Assembly (NCBI GenBank): GCA_051294375.1
Contig: JBJCIZ010000239.1
Coordinates: 5,594,993-5,658,992, forward strand
Reading direction: 5' to 3'
Source of the DNA: Paraspadella gotoi
Taxonomy: Eukaryota > Animalia > Chaetognatha
Length of the DNA stretch: 64,000 bases
The position numbers were made by a program, and so were the translations under genes. Positions 25,365 to 38,359 of this stretch are shown one piece after another (within the stretch, counting starts at the first letter, position 1; each line of letters starts with the position of its first letter). The notes below the pieces were generated by a model, which was not told the origin of the DNA, made no database searches, and worked only from the letters and a program-made list of their open reading frames with translations.

Positions 25365-25758
25365 TGAAGATGCCGATTACAAAAACTAATTTTCCTTCGT
25401 CGGGCTCCTGTATCATTGCCCTTGTTATTATCATAGTACTCTAATTCTTTAGTTTTACCTCTCGCGAATGGCGAAAGTGCCATTTGTTTTTGTAGATATT
25501 GCTTATGCCCATACGCCGTTTGGGTCTGGGCATTGTATTTTCTGTCCAAAACATGCCTTTTCTGTTCCGGCAATGTCTTTACCTTTATTTTGTAATGTTT
25601 TTTGCGGCATGCCTTCTGCTCTGGGATGCCTTTTTCATGAATATAAAAACGATGTTTTTTGAGAGAATTAGAACATTCGAGTTTGAATGAAGATACTTAC
25701 GCGTTTTTCTCTTCTCAGATAGAAAATTATCAGCATCTTCGAGGATAGGGCCGCCTCA
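25365..25758 (+). mobile_element. Putative 5' LTR of the Gypsy element
   Basis: Starts TG exactly where host similarity stops, ends CA two nt before the PBS, internal atataaaa at ~25641; no 3' LTR visible to confirm. Confidence 0.55.
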
Positions 25759-28700
25759 TTTGGTGAGCCCAGACTAGGCGAACAATTTTCGCCCTTCATT
25801 ATGCCGCGCAATAGCCTTTTTTAACGGGGCTGTTTTCAAAAAGATGGTCCAGAGGTTTTTGCAGACTCTTTTTGAATAGCCATGCAATAAAAATTTGTTA
25901 AAGATCGTCCGAGCGGATTTTCCTCGCTCTTCTCTTCTCCTCGCCGACCTCTGTTGTTCTTCCATGTCGGTTTGAGGCTTCTTCTATTTCGTCCGCTGGC
26001 CGTGTCGGTCGGCTGCCCGACTCTGGATCAATGATGCGCGCGCTTTGTGGTTCGTAACCGAGCTGACGCCCAGTTCGCCAACTAAAGCTGTCACCTGCGA
26101 GACGAGAGCCTGCTCGGACAAATTACTTCCACGCGGGTCAGGTCAGGCCGTTGGGTGAAGACGTCCTCCAAGAAAATTCGTGGATTTTTTCATTGACGAA
26201 CGCTGAGAAGCTTGATGAAGATCCTATACGAGCGCTCCTCAAGGTGCGCGCCTACTACGCGGCTTTTCTCACTGGATGGGCCCATGAGCGCGCCGGCTAA
26301 GAATCCTCTCAAGGACGCAGTGCTCCGGGTGAACGCCGCGGATTTGACTTCGGTTACGTGAACATGCGCCGCTCTGGCCGGAAGGCCTCTGCGGATCGAT
26401 GATATGTTCTCCGAGCCATCAACTGCTTAACTGCCCTTATACCGGCCTCAAGGCCAGCCGTCGTGGTGCAGCTGTCAAGATCCCTGGATGGTCCTATGGA
26501 ACTGGCCAAAGGCATGCAGTAAAAGTACTTTGATATAGTCGAAACGCAACACACCCTTCGTTTCCAGCTGCGTTGCCCCGCATGGTGCTGGCATGATTCC
26601 AACCAACTCCTAGTGTGCATGGGTGGCCATGGTGATAGCAAAGTTTGATGCTGCTGACTCTGGTCGGTCGGCGTCAATCAGCCTCGCCATCCTTGCTGCT
26701 GGTTCCAATCAGAGATTTGGAAGACAAATGCCGTTAACATGCGGCACCTCTCCATGCACTTTCCGGACCGCTGCTATATAAACGTCAAGACTTGCCAGGT
26801 TGGCAAGAAGAAACGATGGGGAAAATGTGCGGCGCCGGTGTCGCCAAGTGAGCTTGGGCGGGCCGGCGTCTCTCCATTGCTGTCCAAGTTGGGATCGTCG
26901 ATTCGGGTCTCGAGTTCCTTGTTGACTGCTGGCGCCGAGGTCCCAGTCTCCTCGCCGGCAATCAACGTTGGGACAAGCGGCAAACCGATAGCAAAGTCAA
27001 CGCCGCTCCAGCGCCGCCTAATGGCTCTTTCAATCATGAGGCCTATGGCACAAGGACGATGACGTCAACTCCGCGTTTTTCATCAGAAAGATTCTGGGTC
27101 GGTTCCGTTTCATCATCGCAATGTGACATCGGCCTAATTCTTGGCGCTGATGTTCCTGCGTCGCGATCCACATTGTACGTAGACATTGCCTGTGTGCCGC
27201 AAGCTGTTGGAGCCGACTCATCTGAATTGGGATCGCGTTTGGCTTCCTCCGTCGCCCATTAGATGGAGTACGTGGCATCAAAGCTGGCGGTCCAACAAGC
27301 ATCTTCGATGCCTCTCACTCGAAGTATCGTCACCGTAGGCTTGAACAACATCCAAACTTTGTTTTCCTGCAAAACATCCAAGGCATGGTAGTTTTTAATC
27401 ACATTCTCCCTACTGTAATTGGCGCATCCTTGTCTTTGCAGAGCTCGTCGCCTGTCGCGCCGAGAAAAGCTGGCGGCAGTCAAAAGGGAGTTTTCGAGGT
27501 AGTCTTTTCAACGCCTTGGCATTGTGCGAATCCGTCTCCAGCCCATGGGCGTCGCCGCTCCATGTTGTCGACGAAACCATGATGGTGGGCTTATCGGCGC
27601 CTGCGGTGACTACTCGCCGGCTGCAATGCACTAACAAAGGATGTCGCTATCCAGTTAAAGGCATCTCCACGACTTTTTCTCGCGCGACCGTCGCGGGGAT
27701 GTCGGTCTTTCAGCAAGGATCGAGCCATGCGTCAAGGGCTATCATCAGGTGCCTGTCGCTGATGAGGGAGATGTTCCAAAGACGGCGCATACATAACTGC
27801 CCGTTTGGGTCAATTTGAATATCTTGAGGTATGCCGTTTTGGTCTCAAAAACGCTGCCCGAGTGCTTTCCGAAAGGCTAATTGGACTCAGTTTGGCCGTG
27901 TGCGCTTCCACAAGGGTGTTTTGTCTACCTTTGATGACATCCTCTGTTTGTCGCCGTGCCAAGGATCAGCAGGCAAGCACCTGTGAATAGATCTTGCAAG
28001 ACTCTTTGAACCGGCTGTGGAGGAACATGGTACTCATTCTGAAACGAGAGAAGTGCGTTCTTGGCTGCCGCTTCTCTTGACTTTCTTGGCCACAAGGGTT
28101 GACTGCGTCTGGCGTCATCTCCAGCTGCCCGCGACAAGGTGGCGGTCATTCCGTGCCTTCCGTGCAAGCGCCTATGTGACGATGCTAAGGAAAACTCCAA
28201 CGTTTCGCTGGGCATGGTCAATTTTCTTGCCGGCGATTTTCTTGCCAGCATGCTGCATTGACCGATGGCGCCAACTTTTTTGGTGCCCTCGAAAGTGAAA
28301 ACTCTCAGCAAAAAGTTGTTGAAAATGGACGTCAGATACGCATCAAGGATGCATTTAGAAGAAAACGCAAGATAGCTCTCGAGCATGCTGCTTCTATGCT
28401 TGGTCCATCCGTTTTCTGGCGCCGTGACGGCGCTGACCGGTTGACGGCTTTACTGATGTCAGCGATCCGGAGGGAGTTTTTTGGAAACATCTTGTCGCAT
28501 GGGATCTGCTGTCGGCCACTTGCCTTTTTCTCGAAGCCTCTACGGGACAATGAAGAAGAAGTACTCTCCATTTTGACCGGGAGTTGGGCTGGCAGCATCA
28601 CCTTTGCCTATCCGCCAGCTTCCGATACTTCCTGGAGGGGCGCCCGCTTCACGCTCTTTACGGACGCACGTCAGTCTTGTTCCTTCTCTGCACAAGAGAA

Positions 28701-29422
28701 CGGATTCGCCAAAACCTAGCCAGGCTGAGGCCAACCAGTCTGGCTGCTATCTCTGAAATTCAACCATGATGTTCGCGACATGTCTCTGGGAAAAAGATAC
28801 ATTTGTTGCCGTGATACCGATCTCTCCAGGGTGGTCATCCTGACGGCCGTTGGATTGCTGTCAGCGGCGACGGCAATCTCACTTTGCCACCTCGCGTCAA
28901 GACCAAGAAGGGTCAAGACATCCGTCCGTTTGCGGGCATCATCGACGACTTCTGCTCCGATTCAGATGGCGCATTTCTTGATGGCACGCCAAGTATTGTG
29001 GACTATCTCCACCGGCGTTGCACGGCCAGTGGTTGCGCACGAAACTGGCGGCCAGCAATCGTGCTTTTGATGGCGATCCAACAGTCTGTTCTCATTCCGG
29101 GCGTTCAAAGCAAGCCGTAAAGCACTTGTTTTGAAGAGCATTTTGTTGGCCCGTGCGGCAAGGAACGCCGCCAGCTGGCAACGTTGCCTGCATCAACCTG
29201 CCCAACCGGGCCAAGGTGCGACTCAATGCCTCGGCACTCTGGAGTTTCTAAGCCGCCACAAGGAGATTTCAAACATGTCCATGTGTCGACCTCGTTTGGG
29301 CCACTTCCAGCCTCAAGAGGTTAACAACACCCCACCTCTCTCAACAGCGTTGTCGACCGCATTCAGTCGGTGGCACAGTAGGGCAGTCCTGATGCTCAGA
29401 CATCTCAAGCAGCAAACGGTCG
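25365..29422 (+). mobile_element. Ty3/Gypsy LTR retrotransposon, CsRN1-like clade, frameshifted and cut off by a gap
   Basis: PBS tggtgagcccagac at 25761 (close to tRNA-Trp type TGGTGACCCCGAC); CHCC-like Gag knuckle CY..RFGKK..KCAAPC ~26772-26842; protease FLVD.GAEV ~26915; RT SPWASPLHVV, RPCGDYRRL, YHQVP, FGLKNA, YLDDIL, LDFLGH at 27535-28095; RNase H RPLAFFS and YFLEGR at 28510-28665. Motifs were read across frameshifts. Confidence 0.9.
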
Positions 29423-30302
29423 NNNNNNNNNNNNNNNNNNNNNNNNNTTTCCATTTTCTTTTTCCTCCTATAAAAAGAACCGTGCCAAGTTATCGAATCG
29501 CATTCCTACCTTGCAGCTCTCGTTGGGCGGGGTACTAAGCAAAGGCTTTTTCAGAGTTCGGGACTGAATCAAGCCACACAGCGGAACGAGCCACACACAG
29601 CCAAACAAAATGAGATAAAAAAAAACGTACGTTTGTTTGTTATGAATTTTTTTTTTTTTTTTTTTTAGAAAATCACTTGAGTTCAGGTTTGTAAGTTGGA
29701 AAATCGTCCAAACAAGAATGATACCGAATTATACTTAGATATAAATATACTTAAATTAAATTTATTTTATTTATTGATATATTTTTATTTATTTTAAATT
29801 TTTAATCATTCATGATTCATAATTTATAATTTATATCATTTGTTAAAAACATTTTTAACGTTTTTTCGTATCAACTATGTTCAAAATTTTACAGTCAATA
29901 AAAATTTTACTTCTTCATGTTATAGGATATTTTAATATCCTATAATATGAAGAAAGTAAAGTGTATTTTAAGGCAATTTGTATTTTAACAATAATTAAGT
30001 GTTTAACTTAGATATTGTTCTTGATAAAAATTAACAATTTTTATGCAAAAAAAATATTAATAAAGTCTAGTAGTAAATAATCATAAAAAATCATAATATG
30101 AGTATTTAAAATTTTTTTTAAATGTTTCGAAGGTTTTTATCCAGTGACAAATAGTCATGTATCATTCGCGAATGGGCATAAGATACTATTATTTTCTTAA
30201 GTTACACGAATTTAATCACCGAAAAAAATTATTGTTAATTCGTAAACTGGGTATTTGTATTATTACATTATTGTATTATTTTTACATTTTTTGTAGAAGT
30301 CA

Positions 30303-30407
30303 CCTCGTGATGCTTGACTTCCTTGACTTCCAAATGCTGAGGACGGGAAAGCCTTGGTGATCGATGCTCCAACACGTGAGGCGTGCTCGAGTTGACAAAA
30401 ACCGCCA
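30303..30407 (-). CDS. Possible first coding exon MAVFVNSSTPHVLEHRSPRLSRPQHLEVKEVKHHE (noisy duplicate ~32970-33085)
   Basis: aaaATGGCG start context with an open frame to gag|gtgact; could instead be a YY1/E-box regulatory island. Confidence 0.3.
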
Positions 30408-31603
30408 TTTTTAGTTTTAATTGGGAGAGGGGGGGCGTTTGTTTTGGTTGTTGTTGTCGTTGTTGTTGATTTGTAAGAGAAGACTAATTTTGTAAACTTT
30501 TTTTTGTTATTATAATTTATTTTTCCCCATTTTTTTCCCTAAATGTTGATTACGAATTGATTTTTTTTTAACTGTTTTTAATTTCTTTTTCTAACTAAAT
30601 TATTAAAAATAAATTACGTTTGGGTGACGAAATTTAAAAAAAAAACAAACGTTTCCGGGCTTAATTTTTTTTTTTTAATCTCGTGAAAAAGTCTCTCGCT
30701 TTTATTTTTTATGAGTCTCCGTTTCGTTGTTTCGTTTAGTATTGTTTTTGACTTTGTGTTTCGTCTTTTTTTCTCTTATTCGTCGAACGTCTTTTGTTTT
30801 CTTTTGTGTTTTTTTTTTATTATTCGGTTTTGTCGTCGTCGTCATCATCGACGTCTTCATCTTTTAAGACGCGCGTCCGATCGTCCGCATCTTGCATCAT
30901 TATCGTCGTTGTCGCTGTCATCGTCGTCGTTGTCAGTCATGGTCGTTGCTTGTCGTGGCATCATCGTCGATCGCTTGTCATGGAGCGGTCGGTGTCGTCG
31001 TTCGCTAGGGTCTTATAATTATAGGAATCATGATAAATTAAGATAAAACTAACTTAGATATCATTATTTTTCTTTTCAATCTTTTTTAATTTATATTATA
31101 TTTTTTTTTATTTTTTATTGGTCATTATAGGGTCATTAAATCTTTATTGAAAAAATTTTTAACCTATATATAGCCTTCCTAAGGTCTTTTGGGGCTTACC
31201 AGGGATTTTAATCAATCAAATTTTTTATTTACCTGGTTTTAGTACTTGGGTTGCGGTAAAATCAAAGGTAAATGTAAATAGTTAAAAATTGGCTGAAAAT
31301 AAGTGTCCTGAAATTAAATTATGATAAAATACATACAAACTAATGGTATTTAATATGTGCCTTACACTTTAAATCTGCTGAATAAAATATTTGACTTAAA
31401 ATAAGTTATATATGCACTGAGATATGACTTAAATAAATTAAAAATTACATTTTTTTAAAAGATTTTTAGGGCTTTTTTTGTAGTACCTCCAATTAATAAT
31501 TTTTTAATCGTAAAAGAGTTGGCAGATAGGCTCAAAATGAAGGTCACATGCCTATAGTTTCTAGTCCATTATATTTTAAAGAAAATTAATATAAAATCAT
31601 TAA

Positions 31604-31645
<42 letters not shown>
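31604..31645. repeat. Poly-G tract (42 nt)
   Basis: Directly visible. Confidence 0.9.
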
Positions 31646-31646
<1 letters not shown>

Positions 31647-33798
31647 GGTAAATTATTTACAAATTTAATTATATTTTTTTAAATTTTTTTTGGGGATAAT
31701 GTACCTATATTAAGCTTGAAGAAAAAGTTTGATTTAATGAATTAATTGAAAAGAAGACTGAATTTAACTTGATGGTACACCATTTTTTAGATTAAAGTCT
31801 TTTATATTCTCATAATACTCACCAAGTTTCATTACTTTTTTTAAAGAAAAAATATATATTTTTTATATTATTTAAGTCGGAGAAAGTGGGAGTGGTCTTA
31901 AATTAAAGCCTCTCGGTTAACTGATATCCGTATAGTTTGATCTTTTTATTAGTCCAAAAAGTTATCAATTTCCCAAAAATTAACTTACAACTTCAACCGC
32001 ATTTAAAAAAAACTGAGTTTTTTATTTAGAGTAGCTAAGCCTCTTTCCAGACAGCAACTTTCAGGTTTTATCATTCCAGAGATGGTAATAGCTTCCTTTT
32101 CTTTTTCCTCCTATAAAAGAAGTATTTGAGAGAGAGATCGGCATTCCTACCTGCAGTCTCTCGTTGGGCGGGGTACTAAGCAAAGGCTTTTTCAGAGTTC
32201 GGGACTGAATTCACACAGCGGAACGACCCAACAAGCCAAACAAAATAATATATTTTATATTGTATTTGTTTGTTATGAATTTTTTTGTTTTTTTGAGAGA
32301 AATATCACTTGATTAGTTTGTAAGTTTGGGAAAATCCGTCCAACAGAAATGATACCGGAATTATACTTAGATTATAGATAATACTAAATTAAAATGATAT
32401 TTTAGAGTGATATATTTTTATTTATTATTTAAATTTTTAATCATCATGATTCATAATTTATAATTTATAATCATTATGGTTAAAAAAAGCATTCAACACG
32501 GTTTTTTCCGTATCAGAAGAGAAGAGAGGATTTATTTCAGTCTTTGAGTTTTATTTATGTTAGCGGACATACGTTTACCATTCCTATAATTGTAGTAGTA
32601 AAGTGTATTTTAAGGCAATTTGTGATTTTGACATATTAAAAGTGTTAACTATATTGTGTCTTGCATAAATATATAACATTTTATTATGCAAAAAAATATT
32701 GATAACATAAAGTCTAGTAGTAATAATCATAAAAAATTATAATAAGTATTTTAGAGAGATTATTTATTTAAATGTTTCGAAGGTTTTTTGTCCGTAGACA
32801 ATAGGTCTTCATTCGTCAGTCAGTCGCCGAATGGGCATAAAGATTTACTATTATTTTCTTTAAGTTACACGAATTTAATCACGACCAAAAATGTTATTGT
32901 TAATTCGTAAGACTGGTATTTTGTATTATTACATTAATTGTATTATTTTACAATTTTTGTAGCAAGTCACCTCGTGATGCTTGACTTCCCTTGACTTTCC
33001 AAATGCTGAGTGACGGGAAATGCCTGATTGTGATCGATGCTCCACACACGCTGAGTCGCGTGCTCGAGTTGACAAAAACCGCATTTTAGTTTAATTGGGA
33101 GGAGGGGGGGCGTTTGTTTGTTGTTGTTGTAGTTGTTGTTGAATTTGTAAGAAAAGACTAATCTTTTGTTAAACTTTTGTTTTGTTATTTATTAATTTAT
33201 TTTCCCCATTTTTTTCCCTAAATGTTTGATATACGAATTTGATTTTTTTTAAACGTTTTTAATTTCCTTTTTCTAACTAAATTATTCAAAAATAAATTAC
33301 GTTTGCGGTGACCGAAATTAAAAAAAAAACAAAGTTTCCGGGCGTTAATTTTTTTTTACTCGTGAAAAAGTCTCTCGCTTTTATTTAATTTTTCATGAGT
33401 CTCCGTTTCGTTGTTTCGTTTAGTATTGTTTTTGACATGAGTTAGTTTTCTTTCTTATTCGTTCGAAACGTCTTGTTTGTTTCTTTTGTTTTTTTTTTAT
33501 TATTGGGGTCTTGTTGTTTTTATTGTAAAGAACTAGCCGGCAGAGGGTCGAGGAAGAATATATTGATTTTTTCGTCTTTAGCATTGGATTTTTGTGGAAA
33601 GGAGCAAGCCGCATCGGGATTCCTTGAAGGGCGAGGAGCTGGGAGGGAGGAAAGAGTGGGGTGTGGGAGGGTAGTGGGGCCAGAAAATCGGGGGGAAGGA
33701 AGGAGTAAAGAAAGGGAGGCGGAAAAGGGGGAGAGGAGAGCGAAAGGAGGGGAGCGAATGAGTTGAGGAGGTGNNNNNNNNNNNNNNNNNNNNNNNNN

Positions 33799-34025
<227 letters not shown>

Positions 34026-34211
34026 ATTGATCGATCTGTGATTTTTGTTATGTTTGGCGAAAAAATGGCTTCCGTTACTTTACAAAGCAACCGGAAACTG
34101 ACTGACTGTAGTGTATCCTGAATTTAAACAATCCGGCTCGTGAGAAATTATGACGATAGTGAGCACTACAACCCAAAATTAAACAATCTGTCCACCGAGT
34201 GATAGTGTAGT

Positions 34212-34575
34212 AGGGCATTGCTATATGTTCAACCCGCCTATAAGCAATGCTTATTAAGCTTGTACCCTTGAGTCGTTACCCGGTGGCTCATTGAGTAATA
34301 CTATCACATGATGACCATTGGGGACCGGGATCAATCCCCCAGTGGTTCCTAGCCTGCGGCAAGAGTGAGGAAGGCCTTAAACCTCCTTGGAGGCGTGGAG
34401 AAACCATCAAGCCTCGTTCAAAGCCCAGGACCCGTAACATGGTTGCTAGAGCATGATTAAATAAGTTGCGGATGGCACTCTTCTGCCAGCTAAGCGTCTT
34501 ATTCACAAAAGTGCTACGCCTCACGTCGAAGTCCGTCTCACAAGTCAGGTTAACTCACCCGAGAGATTAATTGTG
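34212..34575 (+). mobile_element. SINE-like element, copy A (tRNA-like head + twister-like body)
   Basis: acccggtggctcattgagta...accgggatcaatcccc head and gtgaggaaggccttaaacc...gttcaaagccc body shared with the copies at 41.7, 44.8 and 47.0 kb. Confidence 0.75.
34355..34436 (+). ncRNA. Degenerate P5-type twister ribozyme candidate (copy A)
   Basis: gt-GA-GGA-aggcct-TAA-ac...hairpin...g-T-TCA-AA-GC-C; T1 and T2 each carry one mismatch. Confidence 0.5.
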
Positions 34576-36577
34576 TGACACGTCGAATATTTCGTGCGAC
34601 TTTCTTTTTTTTTTCTTTCTTTATTCCTTCTTTTTCTCTTCTATCTTTTTTCTCTTCTTGCTATTTTCATCCTGTAAACGGCCTGCGACTTTTTTTTTCT
34701 CTGTTTTCTTTCTTTCCTCTCTCTCTCTCTCTCTCCCTCTTTCTCTCTCTCTAGCTTTTTTGTCGATTCACTATTTACTCTTCGTTTTTTCCCCCTTTTT
34801 CTTCTCTTTTATCTTCGTCGACTCTTCAAGCAAAAAAAAAATCTTTCCTTCAAGTTTCTCCTTTTAGATTTTTTTAAAACTTTTTTTAATATAAGTTCTC
34901 TCCTTTATTTCTTTTTCCTTTTTTTCCTTCCTTATTTTTTTTTTCCCAGACGAGGCAATTTGAGGCTCTATTGTAGGAGGCACGAATTATGGAGAAGAGT
35001 TTTTTCTTTCTTCTTTTTTTTTTTAAACTTTGTTTTTTAATTGAAAAAAAAAACGTTCATGATTTCATTATCGTTTTCTTTTATATTTTTTTCCGTCAAA
35101 TATGATTGAAAGTATTGAGTTGTTGACGTTAGTTTTAATTAAAATATCTCCAGTTTGATAATTTTTATTTCGTTTCTGTTTTGGCGCATTATTTTTTTTT
35201 CCGTGGGTGGGGAAGTTACATTCACGTGAAAAAAAATATTTTCACGTATATTTCATTCGCTAATTGAAGTTTGTTTGTTTTTTTTTACATTTATATTTCC
35301 AGGGAGACGAAAAGTTGGNNNNNNNNNNNNNNNNNNNNNNNNNNNNNNNNNNNNNNNNNNNNNNNNNNNNNNNNNNNNNNNNNNNNNNNNNNNNNNNNNN
35401 NNNNNNNNNNNNNNNNNNNNNNNNNNNNNNNNNNNNNNNNNNNNNNNNNNNNNNNNNNNNNNNNNNNNNNNNNNNNNNNNNNNNNNNNNNNNNNNNNNNN
35501 NNNNNNNNNNNNNNNNNNNNNNNNNNNNNNNNNNNNNNNNNNNNNNNNNNNNNNNNNNNNNNNNNNNNNNNNNNNNNNNNNNNNNNNNNNNNNNNNNNNN
35601 NNNNNNNNNNNNNNNNNNNNNNNNNNNNNNNNNNNNNNNNNNNNNNNNNNCTTATCACTTTACAGAACTAAAATACAAAACTTAATTAAGTGTTACAGTT
35701 TTGTTAGAAAAAGTTTCAATTTATAAANNNNNNNNNNGTTTCATTCGCTAATTGAAGTTTGTTTGTTTTTTTTACATTTATATTTCCAGGGAGACGAAAA
35801 GTTGGTCGTGATTGTTTAACAATTGACGAATTACAAAAAGGTTAGACGCATGCTTGTTCCGTTTACGATTACAAACAAAAAGTTTAGTTTACAAAAAGTT
35901 TGTTTTACAAAACATATATGCTTACAAAAATATTGGGAAGGAGTCAAGAGTTTGGAAGAGAGTCGCTGGTATTGAATTTCATAATCTCGATTTTGAAGAT
36001 AATTTTATTTAAAAGTCATAAAACTTATCACTTTACAGAACTAAAATACAAAACTTAATTAAGGTATAGTTATACAAGTGTTACAGTTTTGTTATAAAAA
36101 GTTTCAAGTTATGAAACAAAATCGAGATTTTTAACTCACGTGACAAAAAAAACAACTTTGTGAAAGATTTTCGGTGGAAGGAAACGAAACGTTTCTTTTT
36201 GTTTTGTTGATTTTTTTGTTGTTGTTTTATTTTTCGTTACGAAAAAAAAACGGACTTTTAATTTCGGGGTTTTTATTTTTTAGATATTTTTTTTACATCA
36301 ATTTAGACTTAGTAGTTTTTTTTTAACGGGGATGAAATCTAACTACAGACGCATTGGTTGATTTTGGTTTTTATTTTTTGAGAATCACAGTCATTATGTT
36401 GCGAAGGTCAAGGGGAAGTTCGGATTGGTGCTTTTTTTTAAATTTCTTATTAGTTAAATTGAGAAAAGACAAAATTATGTCTTTGTTTGTACACGATTCT
36501 CTCGTTTTTAATCTGGAAAAAATAAAAAAATGATTAATGAAATTAATATTGATGTGTTTTCTAGGGTACGTTGATAG

Positions 36578-36613
<36 letters not shown>

Positions 36614-37629
36614 NNNNNNNNNNNNNNNNNNNNNNNNNNNNNNNNNNNNNNNNNNNNNNNNNNNNNNNNNNNNNNNNNNNNNNNNNNNNNNNNNNNNNNN
36701 NNNNNNNNNNNNNNNNNNNNNNNNNNNNNTGCCCATAATGCGGAGCCAACGTCATAAAATTGCGACACTTAAAAAGGAGATGAGTATTTTAAAAGAAGTA
36801 ATTACACGAGACAAGATCGAGAGAAAAGGGAAAAAAGAAGTTAAAAAGAAGGAAATTAAGACGACAAAAAGAAAGAAACGTAGAGAAAGAAAGAGAGCAG
36901 ACTGTGACATTTCTGTGCCATTTCTGTGCTAACCCCGGACGAAATACAAAAAGGAAACGTTTTCGCTTCCAAAACATTTTTAAAATGTTTTTAAACCAAA
37001 ATAGAAAAAAAAACTAGGAAATGCCGAGATTCACACGCTGAAAAATATTGTGCTCAGTGGAATAGGAGCCTTAACCCTTAACCCCTGTCCAAAACCAATG
37101 GCAATATAGCCTTTTTACTTAATTAATTTTCATCTTTGTTGTAGCAAGTTTATTTANNNNNNNNNNNNNNNNNNNNNNNNNNNNNNNNNNNNNNNNNNNN
37201 NNNNNNNNNNNNNNNNNNNNNNNNNNNNNNNNNNNNNNNNNNNNNNNNNNNNNNNNNNNNNNNNNNNNNNNNNNNNNNNNNNNNNNNNNNNNNNNNNNNN
37301 NNNNNNNNNNNNNNNNNNNNNNNNNNNNNNNNNNNNNNNNNNNNNNNNNNNNNNNNNNNNNNNNNNNNNNNNNNNNNNNNNNNNNNNNNNNNNNNNNNNN
37401 NNNNNNNNNNNNNNNNNNNNNNNNNNNNNNNNNNNNNNNNNNNNNNNNNNNNNNNNNNNNNNNNNNNNNNNNNNNNNNNNNNNNNNNNNNNNNNNNNNNN
37501 NNNNNNNNNNNNNNTTCTCTTCTCTTCTCTTCTCTTCTCTTCTCTTCTCTTTCTGGTTCTAAAACCTCACACTTCTCACAACTTTTTTCACGTCGTTGGT
37601 AAAATAGTTCACGTGAAAGGGAATCGTAG

Positions 37630-37683
<54 letters not shown>

Positions 37684-38095
37684 TCGCAATCGTCTAAATC
37701 TTCACGACCCTCATTGTCTTTGTGATAGTGATTGTCGACATGATCGTCACCACCCTGATGATTATCACTGTCGCCATTGTCTTCACGTTTGCTCTCATTT
37801 GCGTCATTTTGTCGTCGTAGTCATCCTGGATTTCTCGTCGTCTTTGTCGTCGTCGTCGTCTTTGTCGTTGTCGTCGGCACATCCCTTCACATCCCTTCAC
37901 ATCTTAAGCGGATTAAACTCATTCCTGGTGAAGTAAATGGAATTGTCGATTTCCTCGTGGGTTCAAGATGTTTCCTGACAATGCATGAAAGACTCTCTCT
38001 CTCTCGTTGTCTTTCTCTCTCTCCACCTCCCTTTCATCCTTCCTCCCTTCCTCTCTTTCTCTCTATCTCACTGTCTTTCTCTCTCTGTCTTTTTA

Positions 38096-38127
<32 letters not shown>

Positions 38128-38324
38128 NNNNNNNNNNNNNNNNNNNNNNNNNNNNNNNNNNNNNNNNNNNNNNNNNNNNNNNNNNNNNNNNNNNNNNNNN
38201 NNNNNNNNNNNNNNNNNNNNNNNNNNNNNNNNNNNNNNNNNNNNNNNNNNNNNNNNNNNNNNNNNNNNNNNNNNNNNNNNNNNNNNNNNNNNNNNNNNNN
38301 NNNNNNNNNNNNNNNNNNNNNNNN

Positions 38325-38359
<35 letters not shown>

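Noticed and set aside
37886-37975. Possible selenoprotein exon (in-frame TGA: ETS*THEEIDNSIYF) on the minus strand
   Set aside because: Two other frames are open, there is no redox motif and no SECIS was seen
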